From the IMG/VR virus record IMGVR_UViG_3300032797_000632, positions 1-64,000 of that record: a stretch of 64,000 nucleotides of DNA; one strand, written 5' to 3'. Each line of letters opens with the position of its first letter. Position 1 is the first letter of the stretch. The notes beneath the pieces were generated by a model. It was not told the DNA's origin, searched no databases, and saw only the letters and a list, made by a program, of their open reading frames with translations. Position numbers and translations under genes: made by a program. Of this stretch, positions 27,219 through 36,934 are shown piece by piece. The stretch is from a virus.

Positions 27219-27787
27219 TGAATAGCGAAGACAACGGATTGGAATTGTTTGATGATAAAACCGTTTTAAATGGAAAAGATGAATTTAATTTCTTTAAAAT
27301 ATGGCCTTCGGAAAAATATCCTGGTTATTTTTATATGGACAGAATTTGCCTCAAAGATCCCCCTGCCTACGGAGAAACAACCAGGCGTCCAATGACCAAA
27401 GAAGGGATATTTCTTCTTTTAAAGTACCTTGAGGATGAGAAAGAAATAATAACGGATCAAATTGAATGGCAAGGCGAGAAGTGGGATGGCGAGGAGTGGA
27501 ATCCCCTTGATTGTCCTCTGAAAAATAAAAACAAAGAGAATGTTTATTTTATAGAAGCTATCGGTACGGGATTTGTGAAGATAGGCAGGGGTAGCGGTAT
27601 TTGCAGGGTTGTGGAACTGCAAAACGGTTGTCCTTTTCCGCTAAGGCTGATTTGCGAAATTCAAGGAAAGCCTGGTCTTGAGCAGAAGCTTCACAAGAAG
27701 TTTAAAAATAGCATTTTCCGAGGCGAGTGGTTTTATATTTCTCAAGAGATAAAATCCTTCATTGAAAAATGCAAAATAATAAATTAA
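27218..27787 (+). CDS. T5orf172/GIY-YIG-like nuclease-domain protein
   Basis: VYFIE..VKIG...LQNGCP...EQKLHKKF....RGEWF; AT-rich. Confidence 0.8.
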   Translation: MNSEDNGLELFDDKTVLNGKDEFNFFKIWPSEKYPGYFYMDRICLKDPPAYGETTRRPMTKEGIFLLLKYLEDEKEIITDQIEWQGEKWDGEEWNPLDCPLKNKNKENVYFIEAIGTGFVKIGRGSGICRVVELQNGCPFPLRLICEIQGKPGLEQKLHKKFKNSIFRGEWFYISQEIKSFIEKCKIIN

Positions 27788-28251
27788 CTGATTCTGAAAA
27801 CAAGTATAGGATACTGGCAGAGGTTCCCTCTTGCTCGGGAGTTTACATTATCAGAATTCCTGGCATAGTTCTTTATGTTGGCCAGAGCGTTTGCATTAAA
27901 AACAGGATCAAGGCACATTTTGATTCTTTCCCGATGGTGCGGTGTTTGAAATTTTCCGATTTGAGCATTGAATGCCTGCCGACCACAGATAGATTAAATA
28001 AAGAAAAGGAACTTATAGAAAAGTTACAGCCTCTCTTTAATAATCGATCAAGCCAATGGGTCGGCATGGAAATAAAATCTATCCTTACCGGAAAAACATA
28101 TATGGAATTGCTCGAAGAAGAAATGGCCCAAGAAACCGATGGTGATCTTTTAATGTTATATGAAATTATCAAGAAACAAAGGATATTATGTCAGGAAATG
28201 AAGGGGCAGTTTTCGGCGAGGGTTCCCGCCCGAGACGAGCAGGAGGTTTGA
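27769..28251 (+). CDS. GIY-YIG nuclease
   Basis: SGVYII...LYVGQS...RIKAHF...E.ELI...QPLFN. Confidence 0.82.
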   Translation: MQNNKLTDSENKYRILAEVPSCSGVYIIRIPGIVLYVGQSVCIKNRIKAHFDSFPMVRCLKFSDLSIECLPTTDRLNKEKELIEKLQPLFNNRSSQWVGMEIKSILTGKTYMELLEEEMAQETDGDLLMLYEIIKKQRILCQEMKGQFSARVPARDEQEV

Positions 28252-28252
28252 A

Positions 28253-29338
28253 ATGGCAAAAAAGGAAATAGAATTCCATCCCTTGGCGAACATTTTTCCC
28301 TTGATGCCCGAGAAGTTAATTTGCAGACTCGCCGATGATATTAAAAAAAATGGCCTGCAGGAAGTAATAACTATTTTTGAGGGCAAGATTCTCGACGGAC
28401 GTAACCGATACCTAGCCTGCCGAAAAGCCGAAGTTGCTCCATTATTCAAGGATTTCAAAGGTAACAATCCTTTAGCATTTGTGCTCTCTTCAAATGCCAA
28501 TCGTCAGCACTTTAACGAAAGCCAGCGGGGCTTGGTGGGGGCGAGGCTGGCGAACTTGCCTCCCCATAGACCAGAAAATAAGTCCGCATCAATGCGGACT
28601 TATTCATATACCCAGCCCGAGGCCGCCAAGCTTCTCAATGTCAGCGAGCGACTGATCCAGTATGCGAAAGTGATCCTAGAAGAAGCACCGGAGGAAGTGC
28701 CGGCAATAGAACAAGGCGACAAAACAATAATTCAAGTTATCAGGGAAATAAAAAGAAAAAATATTCAACAGAAGATATTGCAGGCCCCAAAGGGAAAGTA
28801 CCGGGTGATCTACTCCGATCCGCCGTGGCGATATTCGGACGACATGGTTGGGCTCGACGAGAAGGGCTACGGGGTGGCGGCGGAGCGGCACTATCCCACG
28901 ATGTCGATCCAGGAGCTGTGCGACCTGCCGGTCAAGGACTGGGCCGACGAGAATGCGGTCCTGTTTCTGTGGGTGACGAGCCCGATGCTCGAGGCGTGCT
29001 TCAAGGTCATAAACGCCTGGGGGTTCGAGTATACGACGAGCATCGTCTGGGACAAGGACGCCCACAACTTCGGCCATTATGTGAGCGTCAGGCACGAGTT
29101 CCTTCTGATCTGCACCCGGGGGTCCTGCCTGCCCGACACCAAGAAGCTTCTCCCCTCCGTCGTCAAGATCAAGCGGAGCAAGACCCATTCCGAGAAGCCG
29201 GAGAGGTTTAGGGAGATGATCGACGAAATGTATTGCCGGGGTCAGCGAATCGAGCTGTTTGCGAGAAATCCCGTGCCGAGGGGAAATTGGGTTTATTACG
29301 GGAACGAGGCGGATTTGCCCGATGGCAGTGAACGTTGA
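28253..29338 (+). CDS. ParB-like domain fused to MT-A70 adenine methyltransferase
   Basis: HPLANIFP..ILDGRNRY (ParB-like); YSDPPW, HYPTM, LFLW, HSEKP, IELFAR (MT-A70). Confidence 0.9.
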   Translation: MAKKEIEFHPLANIFPLMPEKLICRLADDIKKNGLQEVITIFEGKILDGRNRYLACRKAEVAPLFKDFKGNNPLAFVLSSNANRQHFNESQRGLVGARLANLPPHRPENKSASMRTYSYTQPEAAKLLNVSERLIQYAKVILEEAPEEVPAIEQGDKTIIQVIREIKRKNIQQKILQAPKGKYRVIYSDPPWRYSDDMVGLDEKGYGVAAERHYPTMSIQELCDLPVKDWADENAVLFLWVTSPMLEACFKVINAWGFEYTTSIVWDKDAHNFGHYVSVRHEFLLICTRGSCLPDTKKLLPSVVKIKRSKTHSEKPERFREMIDEMYCRGQRIELFARNPVPRGNWVYYGNEADLPDGSER

Positions 29339-29870
29339 GAACATTCCGCTGAAGCCTTATGGGATTCTTCAGGAGCAATCCGACATCAGAGTGCACGTTT
29401 CCATATCGACCAGAGCTTTTTATGTTTTCAAAACGGCAGGGGTTCGGGATCTTATAATAAGCAATCCGGACAAATACAAAATAGCAAAAGCAAAACAGCC
29501 GGGTGTTGTCGGCGTGACGGCGGAAGGCTGGCTAGTCCCCGTCGAGGACGTGCCGGATTTGAGACGGGTGGAATGGAACGAAGGGGGCTTCCCTTGGTGG
29601 GACAGCTTCTCCGAGGAGGATGCGACAAGCGAGAAGGGCAGGAAGGCCACCATGATGGTCAAGTTCCTGCTGAAAAAAGGTTTGATACCATTGTGGGCCG
29701 AATCCGAAGAGCCATCGGACAACAACATTCAGATAATGGGGGTGGATATAATTTTGATAAAGAATCTTCGCCTGCAAGTTAAGTGTGACTGGCGTTGCGG
29801 TCCAAGGCCGGATGGTAGTGGAAACTTCTTCATCCAGAAGGCCGAAATAAATCCAATGAAAAAGTTCTGA
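29322..29870 (+). CDS. Hypothetical protein, possible PD-(D/E)xK nuclease
   Basis: GVDIIL...LQVKCD...GNFFIQ. Confidence 0.55.
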   Translation: MAVNVENIPLKPYGILQEQSDIRVHVSISTRAFYVFKTAGVRDLIISNPDKYKIAKAKQPGVVGVTAEGWLVPVEDVPDLRRVEWNEGGFPWWDSFSEEDATSEKGRKATMMVKFLLKKGLIPLWAESEEPSDNNIQIMGVDIILIKNLRLQVKCDWRCGPRPDGSGNFFIQKAEINPMKKF

Positions 29871-29886
29871 TCCTTGAGGAGGTCTG

Positions 29887-30294
29887 GTGGGGAAAAAGAA
29901 AGCAATTGAGTTCGACGGCTGGGACGATCCGAATTTCGTTCCGGCACCGCAAATATTCTACGACCATTACATGGCCCATTTGACGCTGGCCGAGACCAGA
30001 ATCCTTTTGTACCTGTTCCGCCGAACCTACGGCTTCCAAAGGAGTAGCGACACGATATCGATATCCCAAATGTGCAAGGGGATGAAATCCGCGGACGGGA
30101 GGAGGCTCGACGACGGAACGAACATGAGCAAGAGATCGATCCTGCCGGCGCTGAAGTCCCTCGAGGAGAAGGGCATGATAAAAAGGGAGCGCCAGAGCGA
30201 TCATTTGGTCGGAGACAAACCAACTCGATACAGCCTGAGGTTCAGGGGCGATCCCCCAATGGATAGAAAAATCAGGAAGGCCGCCTGGAAGTAG
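29887..30294 (+). CDS. Phage replication initiator-like winged-HTH protein (frame continues past the TAG to 30498)
   Basis: FVPAP..F.D...L..AE.RILLYL.RRTYGF...ISISQ...LKSLEEKG.I. Confidence 0.75.
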   Translation: MGKKKAIEFDGWDDPNFVPAPQIFYDHYMAHLTLAETRILLYLFRRTYGFQRSSDTISISQMCKGMKSADGRRLDDGTNMSKRSILPALKSLEEKGMIKRERQSDHLVGDKPTRYSLRFRGDPPMDRKIRKAAWK

Positions 30295-30494
30295 ATGAAT
30301 TTATTGCCCGTGGGGAAGGAAGGTGACCACGGGGGGCGAAATGTCTTCGCCTCTCCCGTGGCGATGTTCTTTCCCCACACAATATACAGAAACAGGATAT
30401 ACAGGTTTATGGGTGTATTAATTTCTTCTCTTCAGGAAATGATCACTGATATGATAGGCGGGAAAACAAAGAAGCGGGATAATCCAAACAAGGG

Positions 30495-30866
30495 GTGATA
30501 GGCATGGGATACGAGGGGGCGGGGCAAGTGCGGGAAGAGAGTTTTGCGGATTTTTTGAAAACACTGAGTTTTTATAATATAATAGAGCAGGAGATAAGTT
30601 CATCGGTCATGGCGAGCAGGGAATGGATGAAAAGCAGATTCGCCTCTTTCCTTAAGGGACCGGCCCGGGAGTGGGATCCGGGGACGCTGGAGTTCTGCCG
30701 GGCACAGTGCCCGGAGCTGGCGGAGGCCGTATGTAAGGGGCTCCGCACGGCGGAGGCGATGATTATGGACGGGGCGGGAATGGCCGAGTTTGAGTCCGTA
30801 ATAAAAAATCTCGAGGAGTCTTGCCGGAGGGCGATGGATGCCCGGGCGGATGAAAGGCCGTTTTAA
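30495..30866 (+). CDS. Hypothetical protein
   Basis: 123-aa ORF. Confidence 0.5.
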   Translation: MIGMGYEGAGQVREESFADFLKTLSFYNIIEQEISSSVMASREWMKSRFASFLKGPAREWDPGTLEFCRAQCPELAEAVCKGLRTAEAMIMDGAGMAEFESVIKNLEESCRRAMDARADERPF

Positions 30867-30885
30867 CACCCCAAAGGAGGAGGGT

Positions 30886-32601
30886 ATGGATTATAAAATT
30901 GGGCAGATGGTTGAGGTCGACGGGGAGTTTGGAAATGTGGTCGGATACGAGGGCGATTACGCCCTCGTTTTCATGCTGAGGCGGGGCGAGACCGTGCCGG
31001 TGGATCCGGAGAAGATCGCCGGGATCAAGGCGGAGGCCGCAGCCCCCAAGCAGAACACCGGGGAGCCGGAGGAGCCCAAGGGGGCGGCGGACACGGCCAT
31101 CAGGCTGTGGTCGATGGGCTACCGCGGGCAGCACCTGGCCGACCAGATGGAGGAGCTGGGCTTCTCGAAGGCCGAGTCCGAGAAGGCAATCGCCGCCGCC
31201 CAGGACGAGTACCGGGCCCGGAGGGAGGACGGCGGGGGGTACTGGGAGATCCAGAAGGATGAGCGGGTCAAGCTGGCCACCGGCGAGTGGGGAAGGGTCG
31301 TCGAGGCGGAGCGGGACGAATCCATCGGCGTCGAGTTCTCCGACGGGAAGCGGGAGCTGATCCTGGTGTCCGACCTGGACGACAGGTTCCTGGCCGGCAG
31401 AAGGCTGATGGGCCGGATCGACAATCTGATCGGGATGATCGAGGGTTCGCTCGAGAAGGGGGCGGACGAGGAGATCGAGATATCCTATCAGGCGCCCGGG
31501 GGCGGGCGGGAGCGCAAGCGGTTCCGCAACCAGGAGGAGATGGGCAAGTTCCTCAAGGAGATGGAGGAGTCCGGAAAGGGCAAGGTCGAGATCGAGGTCG
31601 GGGCGGCGGAGGAAGAGGAGATCGAGATCGCATATCAGGTTCCCGGCGACCCGTTCAAGCGAAAGAAATTCAGGTCCGAGAAAGAGGTGCAGAAATTTAT
31701 CGAGAAACTCAAGGACAAATATGGCGAGGGGATCAGGCTCGACATCAGAAGGCAGGCGGCGGAGCCGGCGCCCGAGCTGGAGACCGAGCCGGAGGCCGGA
31801 CCCCTGCGGGAGGAATGGAAATTTCCACGCGATAAGGTGAAGCCTATTGTGGAAATCGTTCCCGATGAAATCAGAAAGGAAGTGGAAAAAGTCGAGAGAC
31901 AAACCATTAGGCCACTCGAACATACCTTGATTGACCGCATGGAGAAGATGTTTGCTTTATACCAGGATCTTGAAATAAGGGAGACCGTACTCAAAGAACT
32001 CAAGGCTAAAGCCAAGCAAACATACGAGGCCCAGGACGCCGAGTACAAGACGCTGGACAAACAATACCGGGAGCTATTTGCCGACTTGATGTCGCAAATA
32101 AGGAGCATGGAAGGCAAGGCCGAGGATGGGAAAAGCATCCTGCGGAAATGGAAGGATGTGCTCCTGCGGATAAAAGTCCAGATCCAAAGATCCGAGGGCA
32201 AGCCGCTGGTGGTGGACGCTGAGGAGGGTTACGAACTTCTTCTGCAGAGCCTAGCGGACGAGCTGGACGATAAGGCCCTACAGACTGTGTACGACACCAT
32301 CCAGGCGATCATGGACACGAGGGAGGCTGGCGAGGAGTGGATGGAGCTCGAGCCGAAGGGGGTTAAGTCGCCCGGGCTGGTGCCCGAGGGCCGGACCGCC
32401 GGCATCCTCGAGGATGTCGGAAACCTTTTCCGGGGAATATGGGACCGGATCAGGGATCTTGGCCGGAGGTTCAACGAGGCCATGATGGGTGCCGAGAGGG
32501 TAAACAAGATGGTCGACGACCTCGAGACTACCCTAGACATGGCCGAAACGAGGTCCGCCGCCAGGCGGGCCGTCCGGGGGAGGAATGCGGTTCGTCGGTA
32601 G
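30886..32601 (+). CDS. Modular acidic protein, probably head-associated, with an internal tandem repeat
   Basis: AGGAGG SD; EEIEISYQAPG..RKRFR / EEIEIAYQVPG..RKKFR repeat; coiled coil. Confidence 0.7.
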   Translation: MDYKIGQMVEVDGEFGNVVGYEGDYALVFMLRRGETVPVDPEKIAGIKAEAAAPKQNTGEPEEPKGAADTAIRLWSMGYRGQHLADQMEELGFSKAESEKAIAAAQDEYRARREDGGGYWEIQKDERVKLATGEWGRVVEAERDESIGVEFSDGKRELILVSDLDDRFLAGRRLMGRIDNLIGMIEGSLEKGADEEIEISYQAPGGGRERKRFRNQEEMGKFLKEMEESGKGKVEIEVGAAEEEEIEIAYQVPGDPFKRKKFRSEKEVQKFIEKLKDKYGEGIRLDIRRQAAEPAPELETEPEAGPLREEWKFPRDKVKPIVEIVPDEIRKEVEKVERQTIRPLEHTLIDRMEKMFALYQDLEIRETVLKELKAKAKQTYEAQDAEYKTLDKQYRELFADLMSQIRSMEGKAEDGKSILRKWKDVLLRIKVQIQRSEGKPLVVDAEEGYELLLQSLADELDDKALQTVYDTIQAIMDTREAGEEWMELEPKGVKSPGLVPEGRTAGILEDVGNLFRGIWDRIRDLGRRFNEAMMGAERVNKMVDDLETTLDMAETRSAARRAVRGRNAVRR

Positions 32602-32908
32602 GATCGACGGAGAGGATGTGGAGATGGACATCACCCGCCCCCCCCGGGGGGACGGGCAGAGCTTCTGCGACGAGGCCGTGATATCCGACGCCCGGAAAGG
32701 CATGGAGCTATCCGTGCCGGTTTCCACAATCGTGGAATTTTTGACGGAGGACTGCGGGATGGATGTGGTACCCCGCCGGTCCCTCAGGGAAAAAATAAAG
32801 GACTCGGCCTCGCCCGATATGGTTCGCAAGGCCGGGCTCGTCCGGGACCGGATGGAGGGCAGAACGGGGTCGCCATACATGAGAGGGAATCTGAGGGTTG
32901 TAAAATAA
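32585..32908 (+). CDS. Hypothetical protein
   Basis: 107 aa; GGAGG SD. Confidence 0.6.
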   Translation: MRFVGRIDGEDVEMDITRPPRGDGQSFCDEAVISDARKGMELSVPVSTIVEFLTEDCGMDVVPRRSLREKIKDSASPDMVRKAGLVRDRMEGRTGSPYMRGNLRVVK

Positions 32909-32987
32909 CGGGATCGTGAAAGAGAACGAGAATGAGACGAGGGCAGGTATCCAACCAAGGGTTTGAAAGCAACCGCAGGAGGTGTTC

Positions 32988-33506
32988 ATGGCCGCCTCGA
33001 TATCTCACGATCCAACCAGCAATGTCTTCACGATAATCGCCGACGACGGCGAGATGATGTTGGGCGTCGGGATCACCCACGCCAAGGAAATTCTGAAAAG
33101 GGAGCCGTTTCTGCTCTCGGAGCCGCAGGCACGGGAGGCCGTGCTGCAGGCGTTCTCGAGGATCGGGGCGCCGTTTTCTCTTGAGATCATAAAAAAGATC
33201 GCCTCCGGCAGGCCGATCTTGGCCGTCAACGCCTCCGAGATCATGGCCCTCGCCCTGTCCGGGGACACGGCCCGGTCCATCAGGGACGAGGATGTCACGG
33301 ACGATAACCTGACCCAGAACCTGGCTAGGGCGACAGACCTCTCGAAGAAGATCGGGACGGCCTTCGCCCAGATGTCGGACGCCGTCAAAAGGAAGATGGC
33401 CACGATGGGAACCGAGCAGAAGGCGGACAAGGCGCGCGAGGTGGGGGGCATGGCCGATGTGCTGACCGCCATCATCGACGCACTCAGGACCGTCGGAAGG
33501 CTGTAA
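32988..33506 (+). CDS. Hypothetical protein upstream of the portal
   Basis: AGGAGG SD; helical composition. Confidence 0.65.
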   Translation: MAASISHDPTSNVFTIIADDGEMMLGVGITHAKEILKREPFLLSEPQAREAVLQAFSRIGAPFSLEIIKKIASGRPILAVNASEIMALALSGDTARSIRDEDVTDDNLTQNLARATDLSKKIGTAFAQMSDAVKRKMATMGTEQKADKAREVGGMADVLTAIIDALRTVGRL

Positions 33507-33563
33507 AACAAATCAACCGAGAACGGGAAGAGAAGAGACGAGACCGAAGGGAGGGTCGGAAAA

Positions 33564-36500
33564 ATGGCACTGATAATCAAGGCAAACAAATACGGGAATC
33601 CGAGACAACAGGCCGCATCCTCCCCCATCTCCGATAGGGAGATGGAGAGAAGGCGGGAGGCGATGCAGAAGTTCGCCCCGATGCTTAAGGGCCGGGGCAT
33701 GAACCCGATGCGGATCCGGGGGCAGATCCCCGGCACCATGACGATGGACCAGGCCGGGACGATCGGGACCCCGGGCACAGGCGGGCGGGGGCAGATGATA
33801 ACCTCCTCCCCAATCTACTACGATCCCCGGTTTTACACCCTTGACCGATTCTACTTTCCGCGGACGAGGGAGCAGGCTTACGCCATCTGGAAGATTTTCT
33901 ATGACCGTGACCCGGCGTGCGGGGTAGGGACGGACCTCTACTGTTGCCCCAAAGATGAAAAGATAATAGTCAATTCCGGGCTTTATGATGCAGGAAAAAT
34001 AAAGGCGGGCACGAGGATTGTCGCAAACGGCGGGTACGAGACCGTCCAGAAGACATTCGAAAGGGACTTCGACGGTGATCTTTTCAGAGTGGAGGGCGTT
34101 GGAATGATGCCCTTCAGGATAACCAAAAACCACTCCATACTTGCCGTGCACGGCGAGTGGGTTCGTAACACCGATCCAAACAAGAGCAGATGGCGATTGG
34201 AGTTGAAGGGAGAGTCCTTCACCCCCGTGCAGGATTTCAATCCCGAGAGCGATTTCCTTAAGGTTCCCAAGCTCAGACAATCGATAGGCGAGCACACCGT
34301 GGATCTTCTGTCCTTGATCCAGTCGGAGCATGTTGTTTCCATCAAGAGCATGGATGGCGAGGATTACATTTGCATTTATTGCGGGGGTGGATCGGCTACC
34401 AACCATTATGTGCGGAGGTTCATAAAATTCGATTCTAATGTGGCCGAGTTGCTCGGATGGCATGTGGCCGAGGGGCATGTGGACAAAAGAAGTCGCGGAG
34501 TACAGTACTCCTTCGGTTTGATGAATTTGCTACAGGCGGTTCGGGTCTGGCAACTATTCAACGATGTGTTTCGCTTCCGGGATAAATCCGGGATCCTTAA
34601 AAAACCGATCAGCCTTGTGCGACGGGGAGGCAGATACAGGGTGATGCTCTCCTCGAAGATAGTTAATAGATTTCTGCATGAGATGTGTGGTCCTCATGGT
34701 TCGGTAAAGAAGGTTCCGCAGCCAATAATGGAGGGTCCTCGGGATTGGGCATCGGCTTTTTTGATGGGATACCTTTGGGGCGATGGGCATTTGTTTGGCA
34801 AAGGCCATGATGTGCGGGCGGGAAGCATATCGATGGCACTCTCCTACCAGATACAGTTGTTGGCCACTAAATGCGACTGCTTTTTCAGGATGCACAGAAG
34901 GCCAGCGGGGAAATCGAGGAACCGGGATTTCTACTCGCTCGACTGCACAAAGAAGCAGGTGTATCCAAACATATTCGGATGGGATCCTCCCGGGGGCAAG
35001 AAGGTTGAGAATTACATCAGGGACATGGGGGATTATTTCCTCGTCCCGATATGGACAATAGAGAAAAGCCATTATTCAGGAAGGGTGTGCGGGTTCAAGA
35101 CGCCCAGCTCTACATACTGCGTTCCGGCGGTTCTTCACAATTCCGATCTCCCGTGGAGCGATTTCGACATCCTCGGAATCGACGACCCGAAGGTCAAGCA
35201 ATTCTACGAAGATATGTTCTCGGAGCTTAACCTGCCGTCCATCCTCCCGCAGATGACGAACGAGTATTTAAAAATGGGGGTGTGCGTCCCCCATCTGGTC
35301 CTTGACGGGCGCACCGGCTATTGGAGCACGGTGTTCGCCCACAACCCCAACTACATAAGAGTCACACCCATCCCCATCCCCGGGGCCGAGCCCATGCTCG
35401 ACCTTAAGCCCAGCCCGGAGCTGAGGGATTTTGCCGTGTCCCGGGACCCGCGGGTGATGACCATGAGGGCCCTGTTGCCCGATGTTTTCATCCAGAGGCT
35501 GATGGCCGGAATGCCCATCCCCCTAGACCCGATAAACGCCACCTATCTGGCCCGCAGAAGCTCCCCCTACGATCTCGAGGGGGTTTCGCTCTATAGCCGG
35601 GTCTACCGCATAAACATGATCGAGGACTTCCTGACCAATGCCACCATCGCCGTTACGCAGCGGAACGCCGCCCCGATACGGCTTTTCAAACTCGGGGACC
35701 GGGACACCGGATGGCTCCCGGAGAAGGAGGACGAGGAGGCGTTGGCCGAGATGCTGGCGGCCTGCGAGACCGACCCGATGGGCGCCATCATCTACCACTA
35801 TGGGATCGAGGTGGAGTATGTGGGGGTGAGCGACAAGGCTTACCTGCTGGGCCGGGACTGGGACATGATCGAGCGGATCAAGTTCTTGGCGATGGGCATA
35901 AATAAGAGCTTCCTGCTGGGCGAGACCTCGTTTGCGGCGGCGGTGGCTGGCCTGCAGACGATGGCCGAGAGGCTTCTGGCCCTGCGGGACAAGTTCGAAA
36001 CACTCTGGATATACCCCAAGGTCATCAGGAATGTCGCCAAGATGAACCAGATGTATCGGCGCAAGGCGTGCGAGCTTTCCCACCGGATCCGCACCACCGC
36101 CCATATTGATTCCAACCTCATAGTGCCCAAGATCAAGTGGCGCAAGACCCTCGAGCCCACGCAGGACACCTCGCTCCTCCGGGTCTGGCAGGAGATCAAG
36201 GATAAGGGGATATGCTCCGACAGGACCTTGGCCTCGGGGGCGGGGCTCGACATAGACACGGAGCGAAAAAACCTGATTGAGGAGGCCGAGTACCGCAGGA
36301 AATCGCTTAAAGACCACCCGGAACTTATGCCCCAGGAGGCGTCGCTGATCAGAAAGGCGTTGAAGCATAGGATGTCAAAAGACAAGGACAAGACCAATGG
36401 CCGGCACAGGTACCACGCCCCCTCGCACATCCTCGAATCCAAGATATGGGACCGGGAGGGCAAGTACGCCGGGATATCCTACCAAGACATCGAGCCCATC

Positions 36501-36818
36501 GTGGAGCTACTCAAAGACGGGACCACCTCCGATCCAGAATGGGAACGCATCAAGGCCGATTGGGGGCCGATAGGGGCGGAGCTTGACCGAAGGGGCTATA
36601 CCGAGGAGCAGATCGAGCGTGTGGCCGATATTCTGCGCGAGGAGGGCATACAATCCGGGGAGCACGAGATTCTGGACATGCTGGAAGGATTCGAGCAGAA
36701 AATAAGGGAGGAGTCGCAGAAACATGAGAGGGGTCTTTCGGGGAGCAAATTCCTAGCCGGGCACGATCCAGCTAGGATCAGACTTCCGGGGCAGGACAAG
36801 GGGGTTGATCGGCAGTGA
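33564..36818 (+). CDS. Portal protein with LAGLIDADG intein
   Basis: Extein motifs FYDRDP...DLY/SDLP, G.S.YSR.YR and PIRLFKLG resemble portals of large myophages; lies upstream of the protease and capsid. Confidence 0.78.
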   Translation: MALIIKANKYGNPRQQAASSPISDREMERRREAMQKFAPMLKGRGMNPMRIRGQIPGTMTMDQAGTIGTPGTGGRGQMITSSPIYYDPRFYTLDRFYFPRTREQAYAIWKIFYDRDPACGVGTDLYCCPKDEKIIVNSGLYDAGKIKAGTRIVANGGYETVQKTFERDFDGDLFRVEGVGMMPFRITKNHSILAVHGEWVRNTDPNKSRWRLELKGESFTPVQDFNPESDFLKVPKLRQSIGEHTVDLLSLIQSEHVVSIKSMDGEDYICIYCGGGSATNHYVRRFIKFDSNVAELLGWHVAEGHVDKRSRGVQYSFGLMNLLQAVRVWQLFNDVFRFRDKSGILKKPISLVRRGGRYRVMLSSKIVNRFLHEMCGPHGSVKKVPQPIMEGPRDWASAFLMGYLWGDGHLFGKGHDVRAGSISMALSYQIQLLATKCDCFFRMHRRPAGKSRNRDFYSLDCTKKQVYPNIFGWDPPGGKKVENYIRDMGDYFLVPIWTIEKSHYSGRVCGFKTPSSTYCVPAVLHNSDLPWSDFDILGIDDPKVKQFYEDMFSELNLPSILPQMTNEYLKMGVCVPHLVLDGRTGYWSTVFAHNPNYIRVTPIPIPGAEPMLDLKPSPELRDFAVSRDPRVMTMRALLPDVFIQRLMAGMPIPLDPINATYLARRSSPYDLEGVSLYSRVYRINMIEDFLTNATIAVTQRNAAPIRLFKLGDRDTGWLPEKEDEEALAEMLAACETDPMGAIIYHYGIEVEYVGVSDKAYLLGRDWDMIERIKFLAMGINKSFLLGETSFAAAVAGLQTMAERLLALRDKFETLWIYPKVIRNVAKMNQMYRRKACELSHRIRTTAHIDSNLIVPKIKWRKTLEPTQDTSLLRVWQEIKDKGICSDRTLASGAGLDIDTERKNLIEEAEYRRKSLKDHPELMPQEASLIRKALKHRMSKDKDKTNGRHRYHAPSHILESKIWDREGKYAGISYQDIEPIVELLKDGTTSDPEWERIKADWGPIGAELDRRGYTEEQIERVADILREEGIQSGEHEILDMLEGFEQKIREESQKHERGLSGSKFLAGHDPARIRLPGQDKGVDRQ
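33942..35141 (+). mobile_element. Intein (400 aa) with LAGLIDADG homing endonuclease
   Basis: Starts CCPKDEKI; block B ITKNH; LLGWHVAEG and FLMGYLWGDG; ends VLHN followed by Ser. Confidence 0.92.
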
Positions 36819-36934
36819 AGCCTGGCCACTTGTTATCCCCGGCCCTGGCCAGGGGGTGTCATCTACCCAACCTCGGGCCGGGGAGCGTTTAAAAGCCATT
36901 CGGGGCCGGAGATTAAATATTAAAGGAGGGGGGA

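Noticed and set aside
30886-33506. Terminase genes upstream of the portal
   Set aside because: No Walker A or terminase nuclease motifs seen; terminase probably lies outside the window
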